From positions 669 to 64,668 of the forward strand of contig JAUSCZ010000007.1 of assembly GCA_030674475.1 (NCBI GenBank): 64,000 nt of DNA. Direction: 5' to 3'. A model generated the notes under the pieces. It had not been told where the DNA came from, did not search any database, and saw only the letters and a list, made by a program, of their open reading frames with translations. Numbering within the stretch: position 1 is the first letter of the stretch; every line of letters begins with the position of its first letter. The position numbers and the translations under genes are program-made. Positions 8,451 through 19,222 of this stretch are shown in pieces. This stretch comes from Candidatus Omnitrophota bacterium (GTDB taxonomy: Bacteria; Omnitrophota; Gorgyraeia; Gygaellales; UBA12090).

Positions 8451-11400
8451 AACCCAAATACTATTTAAATAAAGACAACGAGTTTGTGATTGAGAATTAT
8501 CACTTGAGTAAACCTTTTGCCAGCTTTTTTCCCGGCGTCGCCGGGGTCTGGGGGGTTCCGATTTGGGCCTTTTATGTCAACCGGGGCCAGGCTATTGCCA
8601 GCTTTGGAGTCCGGGATAAAGACCATCCGATTCTGGAATTCCAGCCGGCTAATAAGGCCTATCAACTCACTTCTTTGCAGGGCTTTAGGACCCTGATTAA
8701 GGAAAATTCCCGGAATAAAACTTTTTTTTATGATGTCTTTAACAGCGGCTTGAGCGCGCCAGGCTTTGAAATTGCCAACCAGATGCGGATAAACTCCTCT
8801 GAGCTTAAATTGAGGGAGATAAACCACACCTTAGGCTTAGAGATAAACATTGAATACTTTACTATTCCTAATGATAATTACGGAGCCTTGGTCCGAAAAT
8901 TAAGCATAAAAAATCTAACCCGTAAAGTCAGAGACTTAGAAATAATTGACGGTCTTCCTCAGATTATACCCTTCGGCACCAACAATTTCTTTTTAAAGGA
9001 ACTCTCCCGAACCATTGAAGCCTGGATGCAGGTAGAAAATCTGGAGAACAGTATTCCGTTCCTGCGGCTGGTGGTTGACCCGGCGGACCGGCCTGAGGTG
9101 GTGCGTATCCGGGAAGGGAATTTTTACCTGGCTTTTGATGAGCGGGGCCTGATTAAGCCGATAGTTGACCCGGAGGCAATCTTTGGCCAGATGAGCGATT
9201 TTACTTATCCCGCGCGATTTTTAAAAGCTAAAAAATTCAGTTATCCTAAGAAACAGCTCGCCCGCGGTAAAACCCCTTGTTGTATGGGTTGTCGCGCGAT
9301 TGCCCTGCGGGCCGATGAAACTTATGAGATTTATTCCCTGGCCGGGAATATGTCTACCTTAGATAAGCTGAAGGAAAACTCAAAAAGAATAGCCAGCAAA
9401 GAGTATCTCGCGGATAAGCAGGCTGAGAATAGAAAATTGATTGAAGATTTAACCTCCGGGGTATTTACTCATTCCGGGTCTAAAAATTTTGACCTTTATT
9501 GCCGGCAAAATTTTCTGGATAATGTCTTGCGTGGCGGCTATCCTTATTCTTTAAAACATTGCTCTGGCCTTACCACTATCCAGGTTTATTCCCGTAAGCA
9601 CGGTGATTTAGAACGGGATTATAACCGCTTCCTTATCGAGCCAACCTATTTCTCCCAGGGCAACGGCAACTACCGGGATGCCAATCAGAACCGCAGGTCG
9701 GATGTCTGGTTTAATCCGCTGGTAAAAGAAGAGAATATCCTGAACTTTTTTAATCTCCTGCAGACTGACGGCTATAATCCCCTGGTTATCAAACCGGATA
9801 ATTTTACCTTTAACGGAAATTATGCCGCCCTGGATAAATTTTTAAGTAAAGATGATTTTTCAAAACTCCGGACTTATTTAGAGAAGCCTTTTACCCCGGG
9901 TGAGCTGTTATATTCATTAGAGCAGAATGAAATAAATCTTAACGGCAGGGAGGAATTCTTGAAATCCGTCTTAGCCAATTCCGCCAAATCCTTTTCCGCC
10001 GAGCACGGCGAGGGCTTCTGGAGTGACCACTGGGCCTATTGCCTTGACCTTCTGATCAGCTTTTTGGCGGTCTATCCGGAAAGCCTTAAAAATATACTCT
10101 TAGAGAAGAAAGAGTTCACTTTTTTTGATAATTCCGAGGTCTTGCGGCCAAGGACAGAAAGATATGTCTTAAAAGGCAATCGGGTATTTCAATTTCATTC
10201 CCTGGCGAATAATCATGCCAAACGCGACCTGATTAAAAAGAGGGATGCCTATGCCCATGTCTCGCGCGTTAAAGATGGTTTGGGCGATATTTATAAAACT
10301 ACCCTGATGGTTAAGATGCTGGTAGTAATTGCCAATAAATTCGCCGGCCTGGATCCTTTTGGGGTGGGAGTGGAGATGGATGCCAATAAGCCTAATTGGT
10401 TTGATTCTTTGAACGGCCTGCCCGGATTATTGGGTTCCTCTACCTGTGAGACCTTTGAGCTTAAACGTTGGATTATTTTCCTGCGCTCAAGCCTTAAGGA
10501 ATTAAACCTCCAAAACAGCTGTTCTATGGAGCTTCCTTTGGAGCTTTATGAATTGCTTGGGGGCCTAAAGGCTATAAGCAGTGAAAAAGATGATTTTACT
10601 TTTTGGGATAAGACCCACAGCTTGAGAGAAGATTATCTTAAGAAGACCCTATTGGGTTTCTCCGGGGATTTGAGACAGATTAACTTAACAGAGATAGATG
10701 AGGCCTTAAGTAAATTTTTAGACAAGCTTGATGCCGGGCTGAAAAAGGCTTATGACGCCAAACATAGACTGCATTATTCTTATTTTATCAATGAGGTCAG
10801 CCAATATCAACCTTTAGAGAATTCTGAATCCGCGCCGGGAGTAAAACCGCTTAAATTCAAGCCGGTGCCCTTACCTTTATTTTTAGAAGGTCCGATGCAT
10901 TATTTAAGGACCTTAGACAATTCCAATCAAGCCAAAGAGGTGTTTAAGGCAATCCGTAAGTCCGGGCTTTTTGATAAAAAGCTTAAGATGTATAAGGTCT
11001 GCGCTCCCTTGGAGGATATGCCTGAAGAGATCGGCCGCTGTCGTATCTTTAGCCCCGGGTGGCTGGAGAACGAATCCGTCTGGCTGCATATGGAGTATAA
11101 GTATATATTTGAACTGCTTAAAAACGGGCTCTACGCCGAGTTTTTTGAAGATTTTAAAAATGTGCTGATTCCTTTTCAGAATCCGGCTCGTTACGGAAGG
11201 AGTATCCTGGAAAATTCCTCATTCCTGGTTTCCAGCGCCTTCGCGGATGAAAATTTGCACGGCACGGGGTTTGTGGCCCGCTTAAGCGGCTCAACCGCCG
11301 AGTTTATCAGTATCTGGCTTTATATGTGCTGCGGAGCGCGGCCTTTTTATCTGGATAAACAAGGAAGGCTTAATTTAGAATTTAAGCCGGTGCTTCCTTC

Positions 11401-11659
11401 CTGGTTGTTTAGCCAAAAAGAAGAGGGCGGATTTCCTAAGAACAGTTTTGCCTTTAAGTTTCTAAGTCGTGCCCTGGTGGTATACCACAACCCCAAGAAA
11501 AAAGATACCTTCGGCAAAAATGCCGCTAAGATACAAGAAATAACCGTAGAATATCCAGATAAAACCAAAAAAACCTTTCCCTCCCGTAATTTAGACTCTC
11601 CGGTTGCTGAAGATATCCGGCAAGGTAAAGTTTCCAGAATAGACGTTATTCTATCTTAA
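8447..11659 (+). CDS. Large glycoside phosphorylase, probably GH161 beta-1,3-glucan phosphorylase-like (GH94 clan)
   Basis: 1070 aa; FPGVAG..GVPIWAFYVNRGQ, SRKHGDLERDYN, QGNGNYRD.NQNRR, GWLENESVWLHMEYKY, ARLSGSTAEF. Confidence 0.7.
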   Translation: MKPKYYLNKDNEFVIENYHLSKPFASFFPGVAGVWGVPIWAFYVNRGQAIASFGVRDKDHPILEFQPANKAYQLTSLQGFRTLIKENSRNKTFFYDVFNSGLSAPGFEIANQMRINSSELKLREINHTLGLEINIEYFTIPNDNYGALVRKLSIKNLTRKVRDLEIIDGLPQIIPFGTNNFFLKELSRTIEAWMQVENLENSIPFLRLVVDPADRPEVVRIREGNFYLAFDERGLIKPIVDPEAIFGQMSDFTYPARFLKAKKFSYPKKQLARGKTPCCMGCRAIALRADETYEIYSLAGNMSTLDKLKENSKRIASKEYLADKQAENRKLIEDLTSGVFTHSGSKNFDLYCRQNFLDNVLRGGYPYSLKHCSGLTTIQVYSRKHGDLERDYNRFLIEPTYFSQGNGNYRDANQNRRSDVWFNPLVKEENILNFFNLLQTDGYNPLVIKPDNFTFNGNYAALDKFLSKDDFSKLRTYLEKPFTPGELLYSLEQNEINLNGREEFLKSVLANSAKSFSAEHGEGFWSDHWAYCLDLLISFLAVYPESLKNILLEKKEFTFFDNSEVLRPRTERYVLKGNRVFQFHSLANNHAKRDLIKKRDAYAHVSRVKDGLGDIYKTTLMVKMLVVIANKFAGLDPFGVGVEMDANKPNWFDSLNGLPGLLGSSTCETFELKRWIIFLRSSLKELNLQNSCSMELPLELYELLGGLKAISSEKDDFTFWDKTHSLREDYLKKTLLGFSGDLRQINLTEIDEALSKFLDKLDAGLKKAYDAKHRLHYSYFINEVSQYQPLENSESAPGVKPLKFKPVPLPLFLEGPMHYLRTLDNSNQAKEVFKAIRKSGLFDKKLKMYKVCAPLEDMPEEIGRCRIFSPGWLENESVWLHMEYKYIFELLKNGLYAEFFEDFKNVLIPFQNPARYGRSILENSSFLVSSAFADENLHGTGFVARLSGSTAEFISIWLYMCCGARPFYLDKQGRLNLEFKPVLPSWLFSQKEEGGFPKNSFAFKFLSRALVVYHNPKKKDTFGKNAAKIQEITVEYPDKTKKTFPSRNLDSPVAEDIRQGKVSRIDVILS

Positions 11660-11713
11660 GCCTAAGAAGATAAAGAAGAATATCCTTCCTGATCTAAACA
11701 ATTATTTTAAGCT

Positions 11714-12931
11714 ATGGCTGAACGGATAATTTTGCATATAGATATGGATGCTTTTTTTGCTTCGGTGGAGCAAAGGGATAATCCTCAGTTGCGCGGTAAA
11801 CCGGTCGCGGTTGTGGGCAGAGGCAAGCGGACTGTTGTAGTTACCTCTTCTTATGAGGCTCGGGCCTTAGGGGTAAAAACTGGGATGAATAAGTTTGAGG
11901 CGAAAAGGATTTGTCCTGAGGTTATTTTTGTTGAGGCTGGTCATGAAAAGTATACCCAAACCTGCCGGGAAATTGTAAAAATACTCTATGCTTTCAGCCC
12001 GGATATAGAAGTGTATTCTATTGATGAATCATTCTTGGATATTACTAATGTGCGCCGCTTATTGGGTCAGCCGTTGGAAATAGGCCGGAAAATAAAACAA
12101 GCGATAAGAGAGAAATTAGATTTGAGTTGTTCGGTGGGCATCGGCCCGAATAAGTTACTGGCAAAGTTAACCAGTTCCCGGCATAAGCCGGACGGCCTAT
12201 TTCAGATAAAGGCAGAAGACGCCCAAAAGGTATTAGAAAATCTTTCGGTGGATGAGTTATGCGGCATCGGAAAAAAGACCACTCAGGTTTTAAATAGCTT
12301 AGGGATATACACCTGTTCTCAGCTGGCTAAAGCCGATCCCGGGTTACTCAGGAAAAGATTTGGAATCTGGGGAGAGCTGTTGAAGCAAATGGGGGCAGGG
12401 AAAGATGACTCAACGATAATGCCCTTTGGTTATGAGCCTAAGGCCTGCTCCATCGGCCATAGCATGACCCTGGAGCATGACATTAGCGCGTCCGCTGACA
12501 TAGCCAGGTGTATTTTAGAGCTGTCGGATATGGTCGGCCGCCGGATGCGCCGGGAAGGCCTGTCCGGAAGAACAATTTCGGTGGTATTTCGCTATAGTGA
12601 CTTTCATACCTTTAGCCGTCAGAAAAAGATTCCGGCCTCGACCGATGATACCAGGGTTATATATTCACAGGCTATGGCAATTATCGGCAATACCTCCCTG
12701 TCAAAACCCCTGCGGCTTCTGGGCGTAAGTGTGTCCGGCTTAGAAAGGAATCAGGAAGATTTTTTTCTTTTTGAAGAGGACGCGCGCAAGAAGAAGTTGA
12801 GCCGGGCGCTGGATTCTATCAATGGGCGTTTTGGGGAGGGGGTTTTAAAATTCGCCGCCTTGTTAGACGCCGATGAGCCGGATAAAGTAATTTCTCCCTC
12901 CTGGAGACCATCCGGAGCCAGGAAATATTAA
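11714..12931 (+). CDS. dinB: DNA polymerase IV
   Basis: HIDMDAFFASVE, SYEAR, SIDE, HKPDG. Confidence 0.95.
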   Translation: MAERIILHIDMDAFFASVEQRDNPQLRGKPVAVVGRGKRTVVVTSSYEARALGVKTGMNKFEAKRICPEVIFVEAGHEKYTQTCREIVKILYAFSPDIEVYSIDESFLDITNVRRLLGQPLEIGRKIKQAIREKLDLSCSVGIGPNKLLAKLTSSRHKPDGLFQIKAEDAQKVLENLSVDELCGIGKKTTQVLNSLGIYTCSQLAKADPGLLRKRFGIWGELLKQMGAGKDDSTIMPFGYEPKACSIGHSMTLEHDISASADIARCILELSDMVGRRMRREGLSGRTISVVFRYSDFHTFSRQKKIPASTDDTRVIYSQAMAIIGNTSLSKPLRLLGVSVSGLERNQEDFFLFEEDARKKKLSRALDSINGRFGEGVLKFAALLDADEPDKVISPSWRPSGARKY

Positions 12932-12991
12932 TTCTTTAAAAATCTAATATTCGTTGTATAATAATATTTTGTGTGAAACGGAGGTAAGGAC

Positions 12992-13288
12992 ATGTTTGAT
13001 AAAATGAAATCCCTTTGGGATATGCAAAAGAAGATGCAGGAGTTAAAGCGGGAGTTGGATGGCGTTACCTTTGAGGTGGAGAGCCGGGATAAGATGGTTA
13101 AGGTGGTGATGAACGGCTCTCAGGAGGTAAAGGATATTAAGATTCAGGGGAATTTAGCCGATATGAAAAATTCTGTTCTGGAGGCCGCGGTAAAAGATAC
13201 CCTAAGTCAGGCGTTAAAACGTTCCCACGATATAGCCGCGGACAAGATGAAGACGATTACCGGCCTTAACATCCCCGGCTTGATGTAA
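12992..13288 (+). CDS. YbaB/EbfC nucleoid-associated protein
   Basis: 98 aa; QKKMQELKREL...VKVVMNGSQEV...GLNIPGL. Confidence 0.85.
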   Translation: MFDKMKSLWDMQKKMQELKRELDGVTFEVESRDKMVKVVMNGSQEVKDIKIQGNLADMKNSVLEAAVKDTLSQALKRSHDIAADKMKTITGLNIPGLM

Positions 13289-13298
13289 CTGGGTAAAA

Positions 13299-13736
13299 AT
13301 GAATTTTGAGAAGACCGTAGAGAATATATTTTCTAAAGACAGCCGCTATAAGCCTGACGCTTATGAATTTGTGGCCGCGGCTCTGCATTTTTCCCAAAAG
13401 AAGCTTAAGCGCCAGGGCCATATTTTAGGAAGAGAGCTTTTGGAGGGCTTAAAAGAGTTCGCCATTGAACAGTTTGGGCCGATGGCCAAGACTGTTCTTA
13501 ACCACTGGGGTATTTACCGGACTGAAGATGTGGGTAATATTGTCTTTAATCTGATCGAGAAGAAATTTTTCTTTAGGACTGAGACCGATTCTCTGGATGA
13601 TTTTAAGAATGTCTACGATTTTGAATCAGCTTTTAGCGATATTTTAGAGAATATGGGAAAGAGCAATCCTTCTTCCGGTGAACCGCCGGCAGGAAAAAAA
13701 GAGAAAAAAATCTTGCAAAAGCCCCCCATTGGATGA
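13299..13736 (+). CDS. Minf_1886-family protein (PVC-associated)
   Basis: DSRY..DAYEFV, HI.G.ELL, FGPMA..VL..WGI..TED.G.IVFNL. Confidence 0.8.
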   Translation: MNFEKTVENIFSKDSRYKPDAYEFVAAALHFSQKKLKRQGHILGRELLEGLKEFAIEQFGPMAKTVLNHWGIYRTEDVGNIVFNLIEKKFFFRTETDSLDDFKNVYDFESAFSDILENMGKSNPSSGEPPAGKKEKKILQKPPIG

Positions 13737-13854
13737 TATAATTAAATTTCCGTGCCTTAATAAATAAAAATTCCCTTAAAAATAATTTAGACTTTTACTT
13801 TAATGCCTGCCCCGCCAACGGCTGGAGATAGGAAAGGCTATTCTTTTAAATTAA

Positions 13855-14436
13855 ATGAAAGAAATCAGAATCCATGCCCGCGCCGGCCAGGGCGCGATAA
13901 CTACCGCCAGTATTTTAGGCTTTGCCTATTTTCTGGAGGAGAAGTTTCCCTACGCCTTTCCCAATTTCGGGGCGGCCCGGATGGGAGCGCCGATGAACGC
14001 CTTTGTCCGGGTTGACGATAAGCCGGTGCGCCTGCGTTCCCAGATTTATGAGCCGGATTATCTTTTGATTTCCGACGCCACATTACTGCGCGGGTTTAAT
14101 TGCTTCAAAGGTTTTAAGGATAATGGGGTGGCCATAATTAACGCCAGGCATGACTTTGGCATTCCGGAGCATAAAAGCGGACAAAAGATTTATCTGGTGC
14201 CGGCTAACGACATAGCTATGGAGACTATTGGAAGGCCCTTAGGTAATACTGCCTTGCTGGGGGCATACGTGGCGGCAACCGATGAGATAAAATTGGATTC
14301 TTTAATTCAGGCGATTACGCATAGATTTTCCGGTAAGGCGGTAGAGCAGAATATTTCAGCCGCCCGGAAAGGCTATGAATATATAAAGAAATGCAGGTTA
14401 TCCCCGCAGAGTGAGGAAAAATGTTTGGCCCATTAA
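13855..14436 (+). CDS. porC: Pyruvate/2-oxoacid:ferredoxin oxidoreductase gamma subunit
   Basis: EIRIHARAGQGA, FGAARMGAP, NTALLGA. Confidence 0.9.
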   Translation: MKEIRIHARAGQGAITTASILGFAYFLEEKFPYAFPNFGAARMGAPMNAFVRVDDKPVRLRSQIYEPDYLLISDATLLRGFNCFKGFKDNGVAIINARHDFGIPEHKSGQKIYLVPANDIAMETIGRPLGNTALLGAYVAATDEIKLDSLIQAITHRFSGKAVEQNISAARKGYEYIKKCRLSPQSEEKCLAH

Positions 14437-14678
14437 TTTCCAAGCCCTCTACATCCAAAGCGAATAAAACCGGTTCCTGGCGGGTTGAACATAAGCCTAA
14501 GTTTTTAAAAAAAGATTGCATTGCCTGCAAGATGTGTGTTTTGATCTGCCCGGAGGCCTGCATAACCGGCGAAGCCAAGAATACCTACGATTATGATTCT
14601 AACTTTTGTAAAGGCTGCGGTAATTGCGCGGCAGTTTGTCCTAAAAAAGACATTTTGATGGTAAAGGAAGAGGAGTAA
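14421..14678 (+). CDS. porD: POR delta subunit (2x[4Fe-4S])
   Basis: KTGSWR, CIACKMC...CP, CKGCGNC...CP. Confidence 0.92.
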   Translation: MFGPLISKPSTSKANKTGSWRVEHKPKFLKKDCIACKMCVLICPEACITGEAKNTYDYDSNFCKGCGNCAAVCPKKDILMVKEEE

Positions 14679-14680
14679 AG

Positions 14681-15898
14681 ATGCGGGAGCTGTTAGAAGG
14701 ATCCCTCGCTGTAGCTGAGGCGATAAAATTATGCAAACCGGGGGTGATTTCTGCTTACCCGATTACCCCGCAAACCCATATCGTGGAGGAGTTAGCGGCA
14801 ATAGTCGCCAACGGAAAGCTCAAGGCTGAGTTTGTGAATGTGGAATCAGAACATTCCGCGGCCAGCGTGGTTTTAGGCGCCTCCGCGGCCGGGGTACGTT
14901 CTTTTACCGCTACCAGCTCTCAGGGGCTTCTGCTTATGTTAGAGGTAGTCTTTAATATCTCCGGGATGCGCTTTCCGGTAGTAATGACCTGTGCTAATAG
15001 GTCAATTTCCGCTCCTTTAAACATCTGGAATGACCATCAGGACGCCATTACGGTGCGCGATTCCGGATGGGTGCAGTTACACGCGGAGAATGTTCAGGAG
15101 GCCATTGATTTACATATCCAGGCCTACCGGATTGCCGAAGATCCTAAGATAATGCTCCCGGTGATGGTGAATATGGATGGCTTTATCCTTACCCACGGTT
15201 TAGAGGTGGTAGAGCTTCCAAGTCAGGATCAGGTGGATAGTTTTCTGCCCGCGTATAAAGCTTTATATAAATTAGATGTGAATAATCCGCTGACCTTTGG
15301 GCCCTTGGTTGATCCGGATTATTATATGGAGGCCCGCTTTGCCGTTCATCAAACCCTTAAAGATGTTTTAAAGCTTATTCCAGCGGTAAAAGAGGAATTT
15401 CAAAAAATATTCGGCCGCGCCTCCGGCGGTTTGGTTGAGGGGTATAGATTAGATGATGCCGAAAAAGTGATTGTGGCTATGGGTTCGGTCTGTGGCACGA
15501 TTAAGGATGTAATAGACGCCTTAAGGGAGAAGGGCAAGAAAGTAGGCTTACTTAAGATTATTACTTATCGGCCTTTGCCTATTGATGAGATATATCAGGC
15601 CTTAAAAAATGTGCCCCGGGTGGCGGTATTAGAGAAGGCGGTGTCTTTGGGTTCTTATAGCCCTTTACTGAGCGAAATCCGCGCGGTATTTAGCGGTAAA
15701 AAGAAATCTCCAGTGATCAGCGGTTTTGTTATCGGACTGGGAGGAAGGGATATTACCATTGATTCCATCAAAGAGGTATACAAAAGATTAAGCGCTAAAA
15801 CCATAAGCGAAGAATATATTGATTTAAAGCCAGAGTTATTAGACCCTTCTTTTAAGGATGGGAAGGTCTATCCTTCTGGATTAGAGGAAAGCGTATGA
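14681..15898 (+). CDS. porA: POR alpha subunit
   Basis: [22 protein letters not shown]. Confidence 0.95.
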   Translation: MRELLEGSLAVAEAIKLCKPGVISAYPITPQTHIVEELAAIVANGKLKAEFVNVESEHSAASVVLGASAAGVRSFTATSSQGLLLMLEVVFNISGMRFPVVMTCANRSISAPLNIWNDHQDAITVRDSGWVQLHAENVQEAIDLHIQAYRIAEDPKIMLPVMVNMDGFILTHGLEVVELPSQDQVDSFLPAYKALYKLDVNNPLTFGPLVDPDYYMEARFAVHQTLKDVLKLIPAVKEEFQKIFGRASGGLVEGYRLDDAEKVIVAMGSVCGTIKDVIDALREKGKKVGLLKIITYRPLPIDEIYQALKNVPRVAVLEKAVSLGSYSPLLSEIRAVFSGKKKSPVISGFVIGLGGRDITIDSIKEVYKRLSAKTISEEYIDLKPELLDPSFKDGKVYPSGLEESV

Positions 15899-17934
15899 CC
15901 ACTCCAGCCGCGGAACATCTTTTTTGCGCCGGACACACCGCTTGCGCCGGATGCGGCCAGGCGGTTGCCGCCAGATTAGTCATAGATATTGCCGGAAAAA
16001 ACACTATGATTGCCAATAATACCGGTTGTCTGGAGGTTTTCTCCACCAAATATCCGGAATCATCCTGGGGAGTTCCCTGGATACATTCCTTATTTGAGAA
16101 TGCCGCGGCAGTGGCCTCCGGCATTGAGGCGGCCTTAAAGCATCTGGGAGTCAAGGATAAGATAAACGTCATCTGCCAGGCCGGCGACGGCGGGACCGCG
16201 GATATCGGCTTGCAGGCCCTTTCCGGAATGTGGGAAAGAGGCCACGACATTCTCTCTATCTGTTATGATAATGAAGCGTACATGAATTGTTTAAGCCTCT
16301 CAGCCTTGATTTTAACCGCGGATGGGCTTAAGAAAATAACTGAGGTAAGGGTCGGCGACGGGATTTATGCCTTCGACCAGAATACCCAGCACTTAGTGAT
16401 TAAAAAATGCAGCGGTATCTTTGATAACGGCAAAAAAGAGGTATTTGAATTGCAAACTCACCACCATTCCATAAAGGCAACCGCGAATCATCCTTTTCTG
16501 GTTTTAAAAAGAAACGGCAGAGGGCGGTCAAATTCTTTGGTCTGGAAGACGCTTGAGAATGTCAAAATCGGTGATCAGGTAATATCTTTAAAAGGGATGA
16601 ACGGCGCCTGCCGGTCGTTTAAATTCAATGAGATAAATAAAGTAAAAAAAGGCGATTATAAGGTTAATAAGCTTAATGAAGTAAATTTGCCCCGGGAATC
16701 CAGTCCCGAGTTGATGAAATACCTGGGGATATTTGTCGGTGACGGCTGGAGAAGGGCAGGCCGGGCTGAGATAGGATTTGCCCTGCCCAAAGGCAAAAAA
16801 GCCAGAGAGGTTCTGGTTGGCCTGCATAAAGAAATATTTTCTAGTCCCGTATCCCAGGATGAAAACTATCTTTCAATTTACTCGGTTAACTTAACTAAAT
16901 TTATAGATACATTGGGGTTGGGACAGGGGGCGAAGAATAAAACCATCCCCGGCTGGATATTCACCCTTCCCAAGGAAGAGAAAGAAGCGTTTGTTGAGGG
17001 CCTGATGCTGGCTGACGGGTATGATCATCAAGGGAGCAAAAGATATGTCTCGGCAAGTTTTGAGCTCCTGAAACGGATGCGCTTATTGCTCCAGACGCTT
17101 AATTACCGGGTGGGAAAGATTCATACCCAAACCAAGAAAAAAGGCACTAAATGCGTAAATAGGAACTTATTGGCAGATTCAGAATATGGGTATATCTGTT
17201 TTAGCCGGAAAAAACAACGGGATATGGAAAAATATCCTTCACAATGCCGGTATCAGGATTTCCTGATGGAGAATGAATTTTTTCAGACCGAAGAAATTAT
17301 CAGTGTAGAGTCTAAAGGCATAGAACCGACCCTGGATTTGCGGGTAGAGGATGAGCATAATTTTATCGCTGACGGCATTGTGGTGCATAATACCGGTGTT
17401 CAGCGCAGCGGATTGACCCCTTTTGAAACCAGCACCTCTACTACTCCGATAGGCAGTCAATCCGCGGGCAATCCCCGGCCCAAGAAGCCGATGCCGGAGA
17501 TTGCCGTGGCTCACGGTTTGGCTTATGTGGCTACAGCTTCGGTGGGCTACTTAAGAGATATAGAGAATAAGGTTAAAAAGGCCATAGCCATTAAGGGCCC
17601 GAAATATCTCCAGATTCACGTTCCCTGCCCTTTGGGCTGGAGGCATGAGTCTCAATTTACTTATGATATCGCTAAGCTCGCGGTGGAAACCGGGCTTTAC
17701 CCTTTAATAGAATATGAAAACGGAAAACTGACCAACGCGCGTAAATTAGCCAAGATTAAGCCGGTTGAGGAATATTTAAAATGTCAGGGAAGATTTAAAC
17801 ATATTATCAGCTCGCCTGAGTTAATTAAACAGATACAGGCGGTGGCGGATAAAAATATTGAGAGATACGGCCTGAGAGCGGAGCAAACCGTTCCACAACC
17901 GCCTCAAGCCGTAAACGCTCAACCAAAAGTCTAA
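15895..17934 (+). CDS. porB: POR beta subunit (TPP-binding), intein-containing
   Basis: [26 protein letters not shown]|...|TGVQRS, PCPLGW; 311 aa after intein removal. Confidence 0.93.
   Translation: MTTPAAEHLFCAGHTACAGCGQAVAARLVIDIAGKNTMIANNTGCLEVFSTKYPESSWGVPWIHSLFENAAAVASGIEAALKHLGVKDKINVICQAGDGGTADIGLQALSGMWERGHDILSICYDNEAYMNCLSLSALILTADGLKKITEVRVGDGIYAFDQNTQHLVIKKCSGIFDNGKKEVFELQTHHHSIKATANHPFLVLKRNGRGRSNSLVWKTLENVKIGDQVISLKGMNGACRSFKFNEINKVKKGDYKVNKLNEVNLPRESSPELMKYLGIFVGDGWRRAGRAEIGFALPKGKKAREVLVGLHKEIFSSPVSQDENYLSIYSVNLTKFIDTLGLGQGAKNKTIPGWIFTLPKEEKEAFVEGLMLADGYDHQGSKRYVSASFELLKRMRLLLQTLNYRVGKIHTQTKKKGTKCVNRNLLADSEYGYICFSRKKQRDMEKYPSQCRYQDFLMENEFFQTEEIISVESKGIEPTLDLRVEDEHNFIADGIVVHNTGVQRSGLTPFETSTSTTPIGSQSAGNPRPKKPMPEIAVAHGLAYVATASVGYLRDIENKVKKAIAIKGPKYLQIHVPCPLGWRHESQFTYDIAKLAVETGLYPLIEYENGKLTNARKLAKIKPVEEYLKCQGRFKHIISSPELIKQIQAVADKNIERYGLRAEQTVPQPPQAVNAQPKV
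16288..17391 (+). mobile_element. Intein with LAGLIDADG homing endonuclease (368 aa)
   Basis: Starts [13 protein letters not shown]; block B ATANHPF; LAGLIDADG-like YLGIFVGDG and [10 protein letters not shown]; ends [19 protein letters not shown] followed by Thr(+1). Confidence 0.95.
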
Positions 17935-17959
17935 TACGCTAAAAAGGGAGGAATGATAA

Positions 17960-18142
17960 ATGAAGGTAAGTGTTGATGTTTCAACTTGTGTGGGATGCGG
18001 TTTATGCGAGCAGGGTTGTCCGGAGGTTTTCCAGGTGCAGGGAGACGGCCTGGCCCATGTGCTCGGCTCTAACTGCGCGGCAAATCACAATATAAAAGAG
18101 GTAGCCGAGAGTTGTCCGGTAAGCTGTATTAAGGTTGAATAA
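17960..18142 (+). CDS. Ferredoxin (single cluster)
   Basis: CVGCGLC...CP and C-terminal CPVSCI; 60 aa. Confidence 0.9.
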   Translation: MKVSVDVSTCVGCGLCEQGCPEVFQVQGDGLAHVLGSNCAANHNIKEVAESCPVSCIKVE

Positions 18143-18171
18143 GACTTAATAAAAAGTATTTTTAGCTGTTG

Positions 18172-18204
18172 ATGGCGGTTCGCGTTACGCGGGCCGCCAT
18201 TTTT
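18172..18204. terminator. Array boundary hairpin, copy 1 (terminator-like)
   Basis: ATGGCGGTTCGCGTTACGCGGGCCGCCAT followed by TTTT. Confidence 0.8.
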
Positions 18205-18270
18205 GTTCTTAGCCCTTTTATTCCAGGTGGCACAGGCATCCTTGCCTGTGTGTACACTGTCCTCTTATTA

Positions 18271-18323
18271 AAAATCTCTGTAATCAAGTTCTTTCCTATC
18301 GCTGCAAACTCGGGAAAGAACTT
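18271..18323. repeat. Hairpin-containing repeat shared with 24916-24974
   Basis: AAAATCTCTGTAATCAAGTTCTTTCC...GCTGCAAACT.GGGAAAGAACTT present twice. Confidence 0.75.
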
Positions 18324-18442
18324 TATTTTTCCTTTTTTTACCCCGCCTTTTCCGTTTCCCGACGACAATCCCGCCCCAGGAAAGCGCTTTCCCAAAAACC
18401 CGGTTTGGCCCTTGTTTTGGGTATTTTTTTGTGGTATATATT
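18324..18442 (+). promoter_or_regulatory. Conserved cassette promoter block, copy A, with GGAAAGCGCTTTCC palindrome
   Basis: Similar to 21360-21476 and 25830-25947; palindrome at 18379-18392; TG-extended -10-like TGGTATATA. Confidence 0.65.
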
Positions 18443-18487
18443 AGTTAGAATTATGAATAACCCCACAAATATAAGGAGGACAAGCAA

Positions 18488-19216
18488 ATGAAGAGGATAA
18501 AAACTTTAGATTGTTTTTTAATATTTCTGGTGTTTAGTCTTGGTTTGTTTCGAAATTCTTTTGCTGGCACGGAGGAGGGTAGTTGTGGCGCGGATAAGAA
18601 TTGTGTGAAGATTTCAACAAAAGATATTGAATTCAGGTATAGAGCATTAGGGGAAGAGCCGTTTTTTAAGGAAGAAGTCAGTAAATTCACTCGTGAATCT
18701 GCGGGTGTATATTCAACATCTGAGAGTATTGAGCTTAAGGATGGGGAAAGGATGATTGACCATTTCTTTGGACTTACTTCTTTGGAAAGCAGTTGGCCCG
18801 GTGAAATGAGCTTCTTATTCTATCGCGATAATCGCGGCCTGGCGAGTCTTGTCTCGGAAGTTACCTCTTCCGAACCTACATTTGATGAGGATGGGCGTTT
18901 GAGTAAATTGGTAATTAAAGGAACTGATTTATCCGGAGATAAGATTACAATTACCAGGACGGGTTTCAAATATGATACTAACGGAAGAATAAGATCTTAC
19001 GGAGTAACACATTTCTATCCGGATGGAGGGTTGTCAGGTTCCCAAACATCGCTAGGCATATCAGAAATTACTTATAGCAAAGAAGGAAGAATAAAACAGT
19101 TTGTTTATTCATATCAGGGGTACGGAGGTTCTGCTGCGAAGAAAAAGGTGTATAATATAAAATATAATATGTATGGGGATGTAATCTCTTGTCTTAGAAA
19201 TGATGTTGTCTCCTGA
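18488..19216 (+). CDS. Secreted hypothetical protein with YD-like beta-hairpin repeats
   Basis: SD AGGAGG; signal peptide ending SFA; repeats FDEDGRL, YDTNGRI, YSKEGRI, YNMYGDV. Confidence 0.65.
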   Translation: MKRIKTLDCFLIFLVFSLGLFRNSFAGTEEGSCGADKNCVKISTKDIEFRYRALGEEPFFKEEVSKFTRESAGVYSTSESIELKDGERMIDHFFGLTSLESSWPGEMSFLFYRDNRGLASLVSEVTSSEPTFDEDGRLSKLVIKGTDLSGDKITITRTGFKYDTNGRIRSYGVTHFYPDGGLSGSQTSLGISEITYSKEGRIKQFVYSYQGYGGSAAKKKVYNIKYNMYGDVISCLRNDVVS

Positions 19217-19222
19217 TAGAAT

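Noticed and set aside
18169-18444. ORF-track proteins beginning MAVR(V/T)TRAAIF (also 21266-21709 and the 85-aa extension 25755-26009)
   Set aside because: They are translations of the boundary hairpin and promoter block; no SD, and the homologous signal-peptide starts lie downstream.
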